Assembly (NCBI GenBank): GCA_964012805.1
Contig: CAXGUD010000020.1
Span: 1-64,000, forward strand
Reading direction: 5' to 3'
Length of the DNA: 64,000 nucleotides
Source: an uncultured Bacteriovoracaceae bacterium
Lineage (GTDB): Bacteria; Bdellovibrionota; Bacteriovoracia; Bacteriovoracales; Bacteriovoracaceae
The translations under genes were made by a program, and so were the position numbers. The notes under the pieces are model-generated. The model did not search any database. It was not told the DNA's origin and saw only the letters and a list, made by a program, of their open reading frames with translations. Each line of letters begins with the position of its first letter. The first letter of the stretch is position 1. Shown piece after piece: positions 20,464 through 29,911 of this stretch.

Positions 20464-21876
20464 TTAATCAAAAGTTATATCCATTAATGACTCAAGTTGT
20501 AAAGAACGACTGGCCTTTATAAAAAAATACTTAAACTTTTCTTGCTCTTCTTCCCAAAATGGGCGGAATTCTTCGACACTTTGAAACAAAGAAGACCTCC
20601 TTAAAAAGCCATTTTGGTACGATGAAGCAAATTTACCTATGAATCGCGTCTTTGTTATTTTTTTATCCAACATGAAGCGTCCTATTTCTTCATGGAACTC
20701 TTCTGACTTATTTCCTAACTCATTCATATCACCCAAAACAAATAGACACTCATCGAAAGAAATATTCTTATCATGACAAAATCCAATAAAACCCTCTAAA
20801 GACTTTATCATCGAGGAAGGGTTTGCATTATATGCATCAAGGAAATAATGCTTTCCATGCTTTCTAACCCAAGCTCCTCTATTGTGTGGGGGCTTAAATG
20901 CCTCAGCTGCTTTTTTAAGAACATCAATATTTCCTGGGAATAAATGGGATGCCATTAAAAAACTACCGGCCAAGTTAGAGAAATTATGATCTCCCAAAAT
21001 ATTATTATTTTTCAAAAGAGTAGGGGATTGACCTTTTCCTAACCAGACTTTAGCAGCTTCTGCCTCAATCTCAAGCTTGATGGCGCTATCGCTGAAACCG
21101 AAGGATAGGACATAATCATCAATTAACCTTTTCAAAAAGACATCATCTGAAGGCAAAACAAAAACGCTTTCTGGACCACTATTTTTTCTTACATAATCGA
21201 AAAGGGACCTCTTCTCTTTAAAAACAGCCTCTTGGCTACCAAAATGTTCTAAATGCGAACTACCAATACTTGTTATAATGCCCGTGTTAGGCTGCGCTAT
21301 TTCACACAGTGTCTGGATCTCACCCGGATGATTCGTTCCCAACTCCACAACGGCTACTTTATGATCTGAGCGAAGTTTCAACAAAGTTATAGGAACTCCT
21401 ATATGGTTATTAAAATTACCTTTCGAGTAATGAACCTTGCCCGGATATATTGCATTCAACAACCAGGAAAGCATCTCCTTATAAGTCGTTTTTCCATTTG
21501 ATCCAGTTATTCCTATAATTTTCCTTTCCGAATCCTCGCTAAGCCAGTTATGAGTTTTTATTTTTGCTAATTCTTGGAAATAAATAAGTGAGTTTTCTAC
21601 AATTACGAAAAACCTATCGGGAAAAGCTTTCGCCAGTCTTTTCACTTGCTCCTCTCTTCCTTCTTTTTTCTCAAAAATAACCCCCAAAGCTCCCTTTTTT
21701 AAAGCGCTCTCAACAAACTTAAACCCGTCAAAATTATCGCCGGCTAAAGCCAAAAATAGGCTTCCCTCCTCTAAGTTTCTAGAATCAGTAGAAAGAACCA
21801 TTGAAGAAAGATTTGGAATATCTCCAATAGCATGGATAAAACTAGATGGACTTATAAGAAGTTTACTATCTATCAA
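20464..21876 (-). CDS. murF: UDP-MurNAc-tripeptide--D-Ala-D-Ala ligase
   Basis: TDSR, ITGSNGKTT, NFNNHIGVP, DAYNANPSSM and LGDMNELG motifs. Confidence 0.95.
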   Translation of the reverse strand: MIDSKLLISPSSFIHAIGDIPNLSSMVLSTDSRNLEEGSLFLALAGDNFDGFKFVESALKKGALGVIFEKKEGREEQVKRLAKAFPDRFFVIVENSLIYFQELAKIKTHNWLSEDSERKIIGITGSNGKTTYKEMLSWLLNAIYPGKVHYSKGNFNNHIGVPITLLKLRSDHKVAVVELGTNHPGEIQTLCEIAQPNTGIITSIGSSHLEHFGSQEAVFKEKRSLFDYVRKNSGPESVFVLPSDDVFLKRLIDDYVLSFGFSDSAIKLEIEAEAAKVWLGKGQSPTLLKNNNILGDHNFSNLAGSFLMASHLFPGNIDVLKKAAEAFKPPHNRGAWVRKHGKHYFLDAYNANPSSMIKSLEGFIGFCHDKNISFDECLFVLGDMNELGNKSEEFHEEIGRFMLDKKITKTRFIGKFASSYQNGFLRRSSLFQSVEEFRPFWEEEQEKFKYFFIKASRSLQLESLMDITFD

Positions 21877-23303
21877 AGAAACTCTCCTCTTTTAAATTCA
21901 TCCACGACATTAAAGTCTGAAAATGAATGCTTCTTTCCCTTTATCTCTTGATAATCTTCATGACCCTTACCCGCAACTAATAGAACACTATCTGGAGCCA
22001 TTAAGGAAAGTGCTTTCAAAATAGCACTTCTTCTATCTTCTATGACATGAACGTTTGCAGATGTTTCTATCCCTTTAAGAATATCTTCTATTATTCCTCT
22101 TGGGTCCTCATTCCGAGGGTTATCAGATGTAACAAAAATATGATCCTTTGAAGAGTTACAAATGTCTCCTGCAATTTTTCCCATTTTTGGTCGCTTCAAA
22201 CGGTCTCTGTCACCTCCGCATCCAAAAACAACATACAAAGGCTTGTTATTATATCTTTCTTTTACTTCACAAAGAATGTTAGCGAGAGCATCCGGAGTGT
22301 GAGCGAAATCAATAAAAACAACTTTTTCGTCAATCTTAATCTGAGAAAGTCTTCCTTTCGGCGGCTCAAGACTTTCAAAACTACAGTTAAAAGGCTTATT
22401 CCATAAAGCCTCATTTATCTGAAAAGCCAGTTCAACATTTTTTTTGTTAAAGCCCTGCATAAGAGCTGAAGGAAGATTTATAATCTGTCGGCTACCCAAC
22501 TTTTTAGCAATTGAAAATGGGAAAGCCGTTAGCTTCTTTTTAAGAACTTCCTCGGAGGAAGGAATAAACAGTTGAGCCCCCTTGCTTTTTTTCAAGTAAT
22601 CAAAAATAAGCGCTTTGCACCTAAAATACTCTTCCATATCCTCATGATAATCAAGATGATCCTGTGTAAAGTTCGTCCACCCAGCACAATCAAACTGAAG
22701 ACCAAATAACCTCCCTTGATGCAGACCGTGACTGCTTGCCTCAATAAAAATAACATCCACTTTGTCTTGATATTGAAAAAGTACTTTTCTTAAAAATACA
22801 AAAGAGGGTGTCGTTAGTCCTGATTCCAATTGTGTACCGTTAACTGTACAAACACCCATAGTCCCAATGCTAAGGGCCTTTTTTCCAAGTAACTCAGCGA
22901 TATTTAGTGACAGGTGAGTGGTGGTCGTCTTACCGTTTGTTCCCGTAATAGCGACAAGTTTAACCTTTTCAGGATCAAATGGATAAAACAAATCGAGAAG
23001 CAGGCTTTGGCAATAAACATAATCCTCTTCTTTAACAATAATATATCGACCAATCTCATCTCGGTTAAGTGGGTTTCCGCACATAATGAGAAGGCCGTGA
23101 TCAGAGTTTCGATAACGCTCCAAAAACTGCTTCCATGCCTGCTCACCTTTGCGCAACTTGTAAAAGACAACATCTTCTCGGCTTGCAGACTGCAAAGACT
23201 CCACAATATATTTTAATGCAAAAGAGTCATGACGGTGATCTGTGCGTAAAACAGATGGCTTTATATGGTTAAAAACATCACGAAGCGTTATTTCTTTATT
23301 CAT
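21873..23303 (-). CDS. murE: UDP-MurNAc-dipeptide--meso-DAP ligase
   Basis: ITGTNGKTT, EASSHGL, QDHLDYH, DFAHTPDA, GCGGDRD and AGKGHE motifs; DNPR motif indicates mDAP specificity. Confidence 0.95.
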   Translation of the reverse strand: MNKEITLRDVFNHIKPSVLRTDHRHDSFALKYIVESLQSASREDVVFYKLRKGEQAWKQFLERYRNSDHGLLIMCGNPLNRDEIGRYIIVKEEDYVYCQSLLLDLFYPFDPEKVKLVAITGTNGKTTTTHLSLNIAELLGKKALSIGTMGVCTVNGTQLESGLTTPSFVFLRKVLFQYQDKVDVIFIEASSHGLHQGRLFGLQFDCAGWTNFTQDHLDYHEDMEEYFRCKALIFDYLKKSKGAQLFIPSSEEVLKKKLTAFPFSIAKKLGSRQIINLPSALMQGFNKKNVELAFQINEALWNKPFNCSFESLEPPKGRLSQIKIDEKVVFIDFAHTPDALANILCEVKERYNNKPLYVVFGCGGDRDRLKRPKMGKIAGDICNSSKDHIFVTSDNPRNEDPRGIIEDILKGIETSANVHVIEDRRSAILKALSLMAPDSVLLVAGKGHEDYQEIKGKKHSFSDFNVVDEFKRGEFL

Positions 23304-25227
23304 ATTTAGGAGGTGAGTAAATAAGTTCTACAAACCTTCTCCCCGCAAACTCTCTTCCTGGAGAAGGTTTCTGTGAAATAACAAGACCTATACCTTTATG
23401 CAAGACTTTAACCTTCAGCTGAGAGGCAAGCTTGCTTACTGAGATCTTATCTAAACCAATAAAATCTGGCACATATTTTTTTCCTATTAGTCTCGTGGGT
23501 TGTTTTTCAATAACCATCGATTTAAATACTTTCGTATTAATACCTTCTTCGAAAGCAAGGTCATCGAAGTCTTTGTTTTTATATAAATAATAGTGGGCTA
23601 TTTTTTTGAAAACAGGGGCCGCAACTCTATTGCCATAATAGTTTTCACCCTCAGGTTTTTCGATGTAAACATAAATAACAAATCTATCTTTAACGTTCAC
23701 AGGGAAACCAACAAACCCAGGAATGTAGCCTGAGTAACCACCTTCTTTATCAGGCCTTTGAGCAGTACTTGTCTTACCAGCAATTTTAAAATACGGAATC
23801 CTAGCCTGACTACCCGTGCCATCTTCGACTGCCTTAATTAAAATATCTGTTAAAAACTCGGCTGTTTTCTGAGTTAAAACTCTTGTTTTATCTTTACCGA
23901 CATCCTTTCTTTCCCCCTCCCACTTCTTAACAATCGTCGGCTTTACCAAATAGCCTCCGTTAGCAATTGTTGAGTATGCGGATAAAATTTGAACTCCTGT
24001 CGTTGCAACGCCTTGTCCAAAACTTATATTACTTAAACTAAGAGGGGTTATATTTACTTTTGAAGTAAAAATTCCTCTAGATTCTCCAGGCATTTCAACT
24101 CCTGTTTTTTGACCAATGCTTAAATCGACGAGAGTTTTTCTTAACTTTGGAAAAGTTAAATCAAAGGCAATTTTTGTTGTCCCAATATTTGAACTATACT
24201 TTAAAATTTCGGATACTGAAAGCCATTCGTATTTCTTCTCTAGGTCTGCTTCCCTTATAATGTGTTCTCCTATTTTTAAGGACCCTCTTTCACAATAAAA
24301 ATTAGTATCTGGCATAGCTATTTTATTTTCGAAAGCAGAAGCAACAGTAAAAGTTTTAAAGACAGAGCCAGGTTCAAAGGGATCACTAATAAAAGAAAGC
24401 TTAGTGTTTTTTAAGGATCTATTTTGAATAGCATTTGGATCGAAAGTAGGGTAGTTAGCTATGGCCAAAATTTCACCTGTTTTGGCATCCATAACACCAA
24501 CTCCACCCTTAAGGGCCTTACTTTTTATAATAGCCTCTTTAAGTGCTTTTTCTGCCATAGATTGAAGGTCTTTATCTATGGTCAAATAAAGACTTTTCGC
24601 TGTATCTTCTGAATCAATAGACTCAAACTTAAGAGGTCTTCCTTTAGCATCTTTAACATATTTTATTACTTTAGCTTTACCCCTTAACTTATCGTCGAAG
24701 ACATATTCTAAACCAGATAGACCTTTATTATCTAAACCAACGAAGCCTAATGTCTGCGACAGAAGACTCTGATTCGGATAAAACCTTTTTGGAACAGCCT
24801 CAATATAAATACCCTTAATTTCTCTAATCTTTATAACTTGTTTATCCGTTAGAGAAATTTTTCTAGCTAACCAAGTATATCTTTTTCTTTTATAAATTTT
24901 CCTTTGAATCGTTTTAAGACTTAAATTGGGAACAATTTCAGACAACCTGATATAACTATTAATACCCTCTTTCACATTTTTTGGTATTGTAAAGATACTG
25001 TATGTTTGGGTATTTATGGCCAAAGAGTTTCCTTCTCTATCAAAAATATTCCCTCGATTAGGATAAATTTTAAACTCTCTTAAAATTTGCTTCTTTGAAT
25101 ACTTTAAAAGTTTTTCTTTATTAACAACTTGAATATAAAAAGCCTTAATTAGGACAATTAAAAAAAATAAAAAAAATGAAAAGAAGATAAGAGATATTTG
25201 CTTTTTTTCTTTGTAATAGTTTCTCAT
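23296..25227 (-). CDS. ftsI: Class B penicillin-binding protein FtsI with C-terminal PASTA domain
   Basis: RGNIFDR, EPGSVFK (SxxK), SSN and KTS(T) motifs; C-terminal VPDFIG..Q.P.PG PASTA-like segment. Confidence 0.93.
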   Translation of the reverse strand: MRNYYKEKKQISLIFFSFFLFFLIVLIKAFYIQVVNKEKLLKYSKKQILREFKIYPNRGNIFDREGNSLAINTQTYSIFTIPKNVKEGINSYIRLSEIVPNLSLKTIQRKIYKRKRYTWLARKISLTDKQVIKIREIKGIYIEAVPKRFYPNQSLLSQTLGFVGLDNKGLSGLEYVFDDKLRGKAKVIKYVKDAKGRPLKFESIDSEDTAKSLYLTIDKDLQSMAEKALKEAIIKSKALKGGVGVMDAKTGEILAIANYPTFDPNAIQNRSLKNTKLSFISDPFEPGSVFKTFTVASAFENKIAMPDTNFYCERGSLKIGEHIIREADLEKKYEWLSVSEILKYSSNIGTTKIAFDLTFPKLRKTLVDLSIGQKTGVEMPGESRGIFTSKVNITPLSLSNISFGQGVATTGVQILSAYSTIANGGYLVKPTIVKKWEGERKDVGKDKTRVLTQKTAEFLTDILIKAVEDGTGSQARIPYFKIAGKTSTAQRPDKEGGYSGYIPGFVGFPVNVKDRFVIYVYIEKPEGENYYGNRVAAPVFKKIAHYYLYKNKDFDDLAFEEGINTKVFKSMVIEKQPTRLIGKKYVPDFIGLDKISVSKLASQLKVKVLHKGIGLVISQKPSPGREFAGRRFVELIYSPPKYE

Positions 25228-25279
25228 TAAAAAATTCTTACATTCTCAAAAAAGAAAAACAACTCTTCATCGTACTTTT

Positions 25280-25600
25280 TTAGGTTTCTGGAATAATTAT
25301 TATTTGATTTTGTTTAGGTTCTTGAAGATCATACTTTTTGGCAAACCTTCTTAAATTTTTAATAGACAAAAGTCTAGCTCTGACAGCTTCAAGTTTCTTA
25401 TTTTCAACTTCATTTTTTCTTATTTTTTCGTTGACTTCCGATACTTTATAGTCAAGTTCAACACTTTTCATCCTAAATAAAACAAAAAGAACTCCAATAA
25501 CCATTAAGAAAAGACATAAAGGAAAAACTTGGGGATTAAAAAAAACTTGGAAAAATCGTCCTGCGATTCCTTTTTTCTTAGTTTCCGATAATTGCGCCAT
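25280..25600 (-). CDS. ftsL: Cell division protein FtsL-like
   Basis: Small TM plus coiled-coil protein between rsmH and ftsI. Confidence 0.7.
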   Translation of the reverse strand: MAQLSETKKKGIAGRFFQVFFNPQVFPLCLFLMVIGVLFVLFRMKSVELDYKVSEVNEKIRKNEVENKKLEAVRARLLSIKNLRRFAKKYDLQEPKQNQIIIIPET

Positions 25601-25624
25601 TTCTCCTCCATGATAAATGATGCT

Positions 25625-26551
25625 TTATATTTTTTCAATTACTCTTAGCTTAGCACTTCTAGACCTTAAATTATTTTTTATTTCTTCTTCAGAGGGTAAA
25701 AGAGGCTTTTTAGTCAGAATTTTACAAGGAATATCTCCTTTGGCCAATTCTTTGAAACCAAGTTTTACTATACGATCTTCTAGTGAGTGGAAACTTATTA
25801 TTGCAATTCTTCCCCCACTAGAAAGCAAAGGCATTAACTTAGGCAAAGTCTCCTTCAAAACATCTAGTTCTCTATTTATAAATATCCTCAAAGCCTGAAA
25901 GCATCTTGTAGCTGGGTGAGCTCCTTTAAACCTAAGTTTTTTAGGATAGCAATGATAAATGACTTCTTCTAAATCTTTTGTCCTCAAAAAGGGCTTAGAA
26001 ACCCTCGTATTAACAATTGAGTCAGCAATTCTAGAAGAAAACCTTTCTTCTCCATATTCTCTAAATATTTTTTCCAGGTCTTCCTTTGGATATTCATTCA
26101 AAATTTCTTTAGCTAAAGGCACATTTTCATCATCAGCATTCATTCTCATGTCTAGGGGCCCATCTAAACGAAAAGAAAAGCCTCTCTCTGCTTTATCAAA
26201 GTGGTGACCAGAAACACCCAAATCCATCAAAATGCCTTTCAATTTAACACCACTATTTTCAATACGTTCTTCAAAAAATTTAGGAAACTCACGAAAATTA
26301 CCGTGGACAAGCTCAATCCGACTAGGATCCTCAAGGCTTTTAATAATTTCTCGCCCATTGCTAACAGCTTCTGGATCCTGATCAAATGCTAAAACATGAC
26401 AGGTTTTATCCGAATCTAAAAGGGCCCTAGAATGACCTCCACCTCCAAAAGTAAGGTCCGCAAAGAGCTCTTTTTCGTTAAAAGGTGCACCCTCTGTTAA
26501 ATATTCAATACACTCTCTTTTCAATACAGTTTCATGCTGCGTGTAACTCAA
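25625..26551 (-). CDS. rsmH: 16S rRNA m4C1402 methyltransferase
   Basis: DLTFGGGGHS, DLGVS, PLDMRM, FQALRI, ISFHSLEDR and RSRSAKLR motifs. Confidence 0.97.
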   Translation of the reverse strand: MSYTQHETVLKRECIEYLTEGAPFNEKELFADLTFGGGGHSRALLDSDKTCHVLAFDQDPEAVSNGREIIKSLEDPSRIELVHGNFREFPKFFEERIENSGVKLKGILMDLGVSGHHFDKAERGFSFRLDGPLDMRMNADDENVPLAKEILNEYPKEDLEKIFREYGEERFSSRIADSIVNTRVSKPFLRTKDLEEVIYHCYPKKLRFKGAHPATRCFQALRIFINRELDVLKETLPKLMPLLSSGGRIAIISFHSLEDRIVKLGFKELAKGDIPCKILTKKPLLPSEEEIKNNLRSRSAKLRVIEKI

Positions 26552-26636
26552 AATCTCATCCCTCCAAACATGCTATGCAACAAAAAAGACATTACCTCAA
26601 GATTTTCTAATTTGACATTAGATTTCTCCATGTTAG

Positions 26637-27818
26637 ATGTATTTGATGGACTCAGGAATTCAAACATCTAATATATTATTTTCCAAAAAGAGATCTAAAG
26701 CTTTTCTTGATTTAGCCAAAAAAGAAACAAGAGAAGATCTCATCGAAAACCTTCAAAACCTGGCCAATAACCAAGACCTCACATCGATCTTCAAAATCGT
26801 AAAGTCAGTCACTTCAACCTCATCATGGTTATCCCACTCCTATTATCGCTATTATAAATCATTATTGGAGTTAAACGAAACAAAACAAAAATCTTTTCTG
26901 ACGATAAAAGAAGAGGAAATTATCCAAAAAGTTATCAGAAAAAATAAAGCTGCTTTTTCTGAATATGAAAGTGAGGACATATTTAAAGCCATTTATAAAG
27001 AGGCCCTCCTTTCTCACACCAATAACAATATATCTTCTAGACTGATTCTTCCCAGAATTGAAGCCGTCATTGTTATTCTCGATGGTGTCTTTAATGAGCT
27101 CTTTTCACAAAGTTTTTTTGAGCGCTCATTAAGAAAATTATCTAGTGAAATGGGAGTAACCTTTCTCATACCCAAAATATCTGGTTTTCAAGGAACTGAG
27201 GAAAATTCAAAGATTATTCATAAAGAAATATTAGGCTTTTCACAAAAGTTTCCTCGAAAAAAGTTTTGGCTTCTGGGTTACTCTAAAGGCGGAATAGATG
27301 CTTTGCACTACATTTCTCAAAATAAAAGCTTCGCTGAAGATAAAGTAGTTGGTCTATCAACTCTTGCATCACCTCTCTTAGGTGTCGATAAGTTCAACAG
27401 GGGAGTTTTGAAAACTCTTGTCCAAATTAAAAACAATTTTTCCAACGAGAAAATAAGAAAGGATATCTTTTTTGAAGATATTCAAAAGTCTTTAGACTCT
27501 AGTTTTCAAAGAGTATGGTTTCTCCAAAATTATAAAAACCTACCCAAAAATATCTTTTATTCTTCTCTCGGCTTTGAAACTGACTGGAAAAAAGCACATT
27601 TTTGGATGTTATTAACAAAGGCAATATTTCAAAGCCCCAAAAAAAATGATGGTGTTGTCGATTGTGATGACGCACACTTTCCTTGGTTCTTTCCCTCGCT
27701 AAACCTAGGTATTATAGATGGACATCATCTATTTGGAATGAGGTCAACCTTTCATAGCCAAGAGGCTATTTTAGAGTCTCTTCTTATTTTTTTAAATTTT
27801 AAAGGTCTTTTAAGTTAG
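26637..27818 (+). CDS. Alpha/beta-hydrolase (lipase/esterase-like)
   Basis: GYSKGG nucleophile elbow; NDGVV Asp motif; candidate catalytic His in DGHH. Confidence 0.7.
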   Translation: MYLMDSGIQTSNILFSKKRSKAFLDLAKKETREDLIENLQNLANNQDLTSIFKIVKSVTSTSSWLSHSYYRYYKSLLELNETKQKSFLTIKEEEIIQKVIRKNKAAFSEYESEDIFKAIYKEALLSHTNNNISSRLILPRIEAVIVILDGVFNELFSQSFFERSLRKLSSEMGVTFLIPKISGFQGTEENSKIIHKEILGFSQKFPRKKFWLLGYSKGGIDALHYISQNKSFAEDKVVGLSTLASPLLGVDKFNRGVLKTLVQIKNNFSNEKIRKDIFFEDIQKSLDSSFQRVWFLQNYKNLPKNIFYSSLGFETDWKKAHFWMLLTKAIFQSPKKNDGVVDCDDAHFPWFFPSLNLGIIDGHHLFGMRSTFHSQEAILESLLIFLNFKGLLS

Positions 27819-28409
27819 TTATTGTAAACTTCCCTTAACATTCATAAGAACAAGCTTACTAATCATTTTGAGAGCGTCAAAAACCCCCTGCCCGTCACTC
27901 GCCACAGCTTCAAAAGAAGGGGATTTCCACTTATTTAAGTTTTTCTCAAGATCCTTTATAGGAGTTGTATTTGGTAAGTCTCTTTTATTCCATTGCATGA
28001 CCAAAGGTAAGCCTTCCATATCAAGACCCTGATCGATTAAATTATTTTCAAGTCCCTTTAAACTTTCAATATTTGACTCCATCTTCTCAAGTTGAGAATC
28101 TGCAACAAAAATAATACCGTCTAAACCCCTTAGAATAAGCTTTCTACTTGCTTCATAAAAAACCTGCCCCGGAACCGTATAAAGATGAAAGCGAGTTTTA
28201 AACCCCCTAATTTCGCCTAAATCCAAAGGGAGGAAATCAAAAAAGAGAGTCCTCTCATTTTCTGTATTGAGAGTTATCATTTCACTTCTTACATCTTTAC
28301 TTGTTTTTTTATAAACATGTTGGAGGTTTGTAGTTTTTCCTCCCAAACCAGGTCCATAATAAACAATTTTACAATTAACTTCTTTAGAATGGTAATTAAC
28401 GAAAGACAT
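27819..28409 (-). CDS. mglA: Ras-like small GTPase MglA
   Basis: MSFVNY..KEVNCKIVYYGPGLGGKTTN, RTLFFDFLP, YTVPGQ and NKRD motifs. Confidence 0.96.
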   Translation of the reverse strand: MSFVNYHSKEVNCKIVYYGPGLGGKTTNLQHVYKKTSKDVRSEMITLNTENERTLFFDFLPLDLGEIRGFKTRFHLYTVPGQVFYEASRKLILRGLDGIIFVADSQLEKMESNIESLKGLENNLIDQGLDMEGLPLVMQWNKRDLPNTTPIKDLEKNLNKWKSPSFEAVASDGQGVFDALKMISKLVLMNVKGSLQ

Positions 28410-28420
28410 TTCCTTTTCCC

Positions 28421-28918
28421 TTATTCATTAAATGTAAAAATATCATTCATCTCTTTGTCTGTTATATTTCCAAATAGAAAGCTTTGGTTTTTCACTTCTT
28501 CTTCATCAAAATTTAAAATTTCACTTTGAAATGAAAAAAGAAGCTTTTTAAGTTCATTTTTTAAAATAGCTGGATTTATCTGATTATAAAAAATAGCGCC
28601 TAAATAATATTTTTTAGAATTTATGTCCAAAGGGAGAATATAAATTCCACTTGATGACGTATCAAAAGAAAATCTGAACAAACCATCTAATTTCATTTCC
28701 CTTGAAGCCATCTTACTAACTGTTTCAGCAGCCTGCCATGCACCACTCATTAAAACGCAAATGGAATCGGGATCTATATCATTAACGATAGGGCCATATT
28801 TATAAAGTACGCCTCCATCTTTTCGACAGAGGAAGAGAGAGCATTCTCCAAAGTTACTTTTAGCTAAATATTTATCGAAAAAACTCTCAGTTCGGCTTGA
28901 AATACTTTCTTCAATCAT
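28421..28918 (-). CDS. mglB: Divergent Roadblock/LC7 protein MglB
   Basis: Directly upstream of mglA; FLCRKDG and MSGAWQAA segments; C-terminal LFGNITDKEMNDIF helix. Confidence 0.75.
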   Translation of the reverse strand: MIEESISSRTESFFDKYLAKSNFGECSLFLCRKDGGVLYKYGPIVNDIDPDSICVLMSGAWQAAETVSKMASREMKLDGLFRFSFDTSSSGIYILPLDINSKKYYLGAIFYNQINPAILKNELKKLLFSFQSEILNFDEEEVKNQSFLFGNITDKEMNDIFTFNE

Positions 28919-28963
28919 CTTAAAAACAATCCCTGTTTTTCGTTATCAAAGATTATAAAAGCT

Positions 28964-29569
28964 CTAATGAATTCTTGTCGTATTTTCAAAAGCTTTGTTT
29001 ATTGTAAGAGAGTCTAAATACTCAAGATGACTCCCTATCGGAACACCAAAACCAATCCTTCTAACATTAATATTTTCAGGTATAACTTGCTTTAAATAGG
29101 AGCAAGTCGCATCACCCTCTACCGAAGGGTTAAGGGCCAAAATAAGATCCTCAACACCCTCAGCATCCAACCTTTCAATAAGCCTTTCAATTCTCAACTC
29201 ATCTGGACCTACACCTAAAAGAGGATTTAAAACACCTCCCAAAATATGATAGGTCCCTCTAAACTGTTGAGCTCTTTCAATTGCCAGGCAATCACTCAAA
29301 GATTCAACAACACAGATCTTTTTTTCGTCATTTCTCGATGGGTTTAGGCATATATGACATAAATCTCCATCCGAAAAAAAGCCGCATCGCTGGCACTTCT
29401 CTAATTCTGTGAGTTCTTTTAGACTTTGTCCAAAGTTTAAAAGCTTTTCTTCACTCCAATCAGATAAAATAAGGGTGTACCTCATTGAGGTTTTTGGTCC
29501 AACACCAGGTAATTGACTAAAGCCATCCATTACCCTTTGAATTTTAGGAGGTAATTCAATCTCTCTCAT
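28964..29569 (-). CDS. recR: Recombination mediator RecR
   Basis: LPGVGPKT, C4 zinc finger, ICVVE, YHILGG and NPSVEGDAT motifs. Confidence 0.96.
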   Translation of the reverse strand: MREIELPPKIQRVMDGFSQLPGVGPKTSMRYTLILSDWSEEKLLNFGQSLKELTELEKCQRCGFFSDGDLCHICLNPSRNDEKKICVVESLSDCLAIERAQQFRGTYHILGGVLNPLLGVGPDELRIERLIERLDAEGVEDLILALNPSVEGDATCSYLKQVIPENINVRRIGFGVPIGSHLEYLDSLTINKAFENTTRIH

Positions 29570-29572
29570 AAC

Positions 29573-29887
29573 TTAAAAAAGCCCTGGAATCTTCATCCCA
29601 CCTGTAACTTTACTCATAGCTTTTGAAACCATTTCTTGAGACTCTTTCACCGCTTGGTTAACTGCCGTTTGCAAGAGTTCTTCAAGAGTATCAATATCAG
29701 AAGGGTCAACACACTCTTTGTCTATCTTTAGGCTTAGAATTTCTTGCTTACCATTAATTTTTATTTTCACCATTCCACCACCAGAGCTTATTTCCATTTC
29801 TCTAGCCTCGAGCTCTTTTTGTAATGTCGACATCTTTTGCTGCATCTGCTGTGCTTGTTTCATAAGATGATTCATACTATTCGCCAT
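29573..29887 (-). CDS. ybaB: YbaB/EbfC nucleoid-associated protein
   Basis: MKQAQQMQ and SSGGGMV motifs; lies between dnaX and recR. Confidence 0.93.
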   Translation of the reverse strand: MANSMNHLMKQAQQMQQKMSTLQKELEAREMEISSGGGMVKIKINGKQEILSLKIDKECVDPSDIDTLEELLQTAVNQAVKESQEMVSKAMSKVTGGMKIPGLF

Positions 29888-29911
29888 TTTTTACTCCTTA
29901 ACCTTCTTAAT

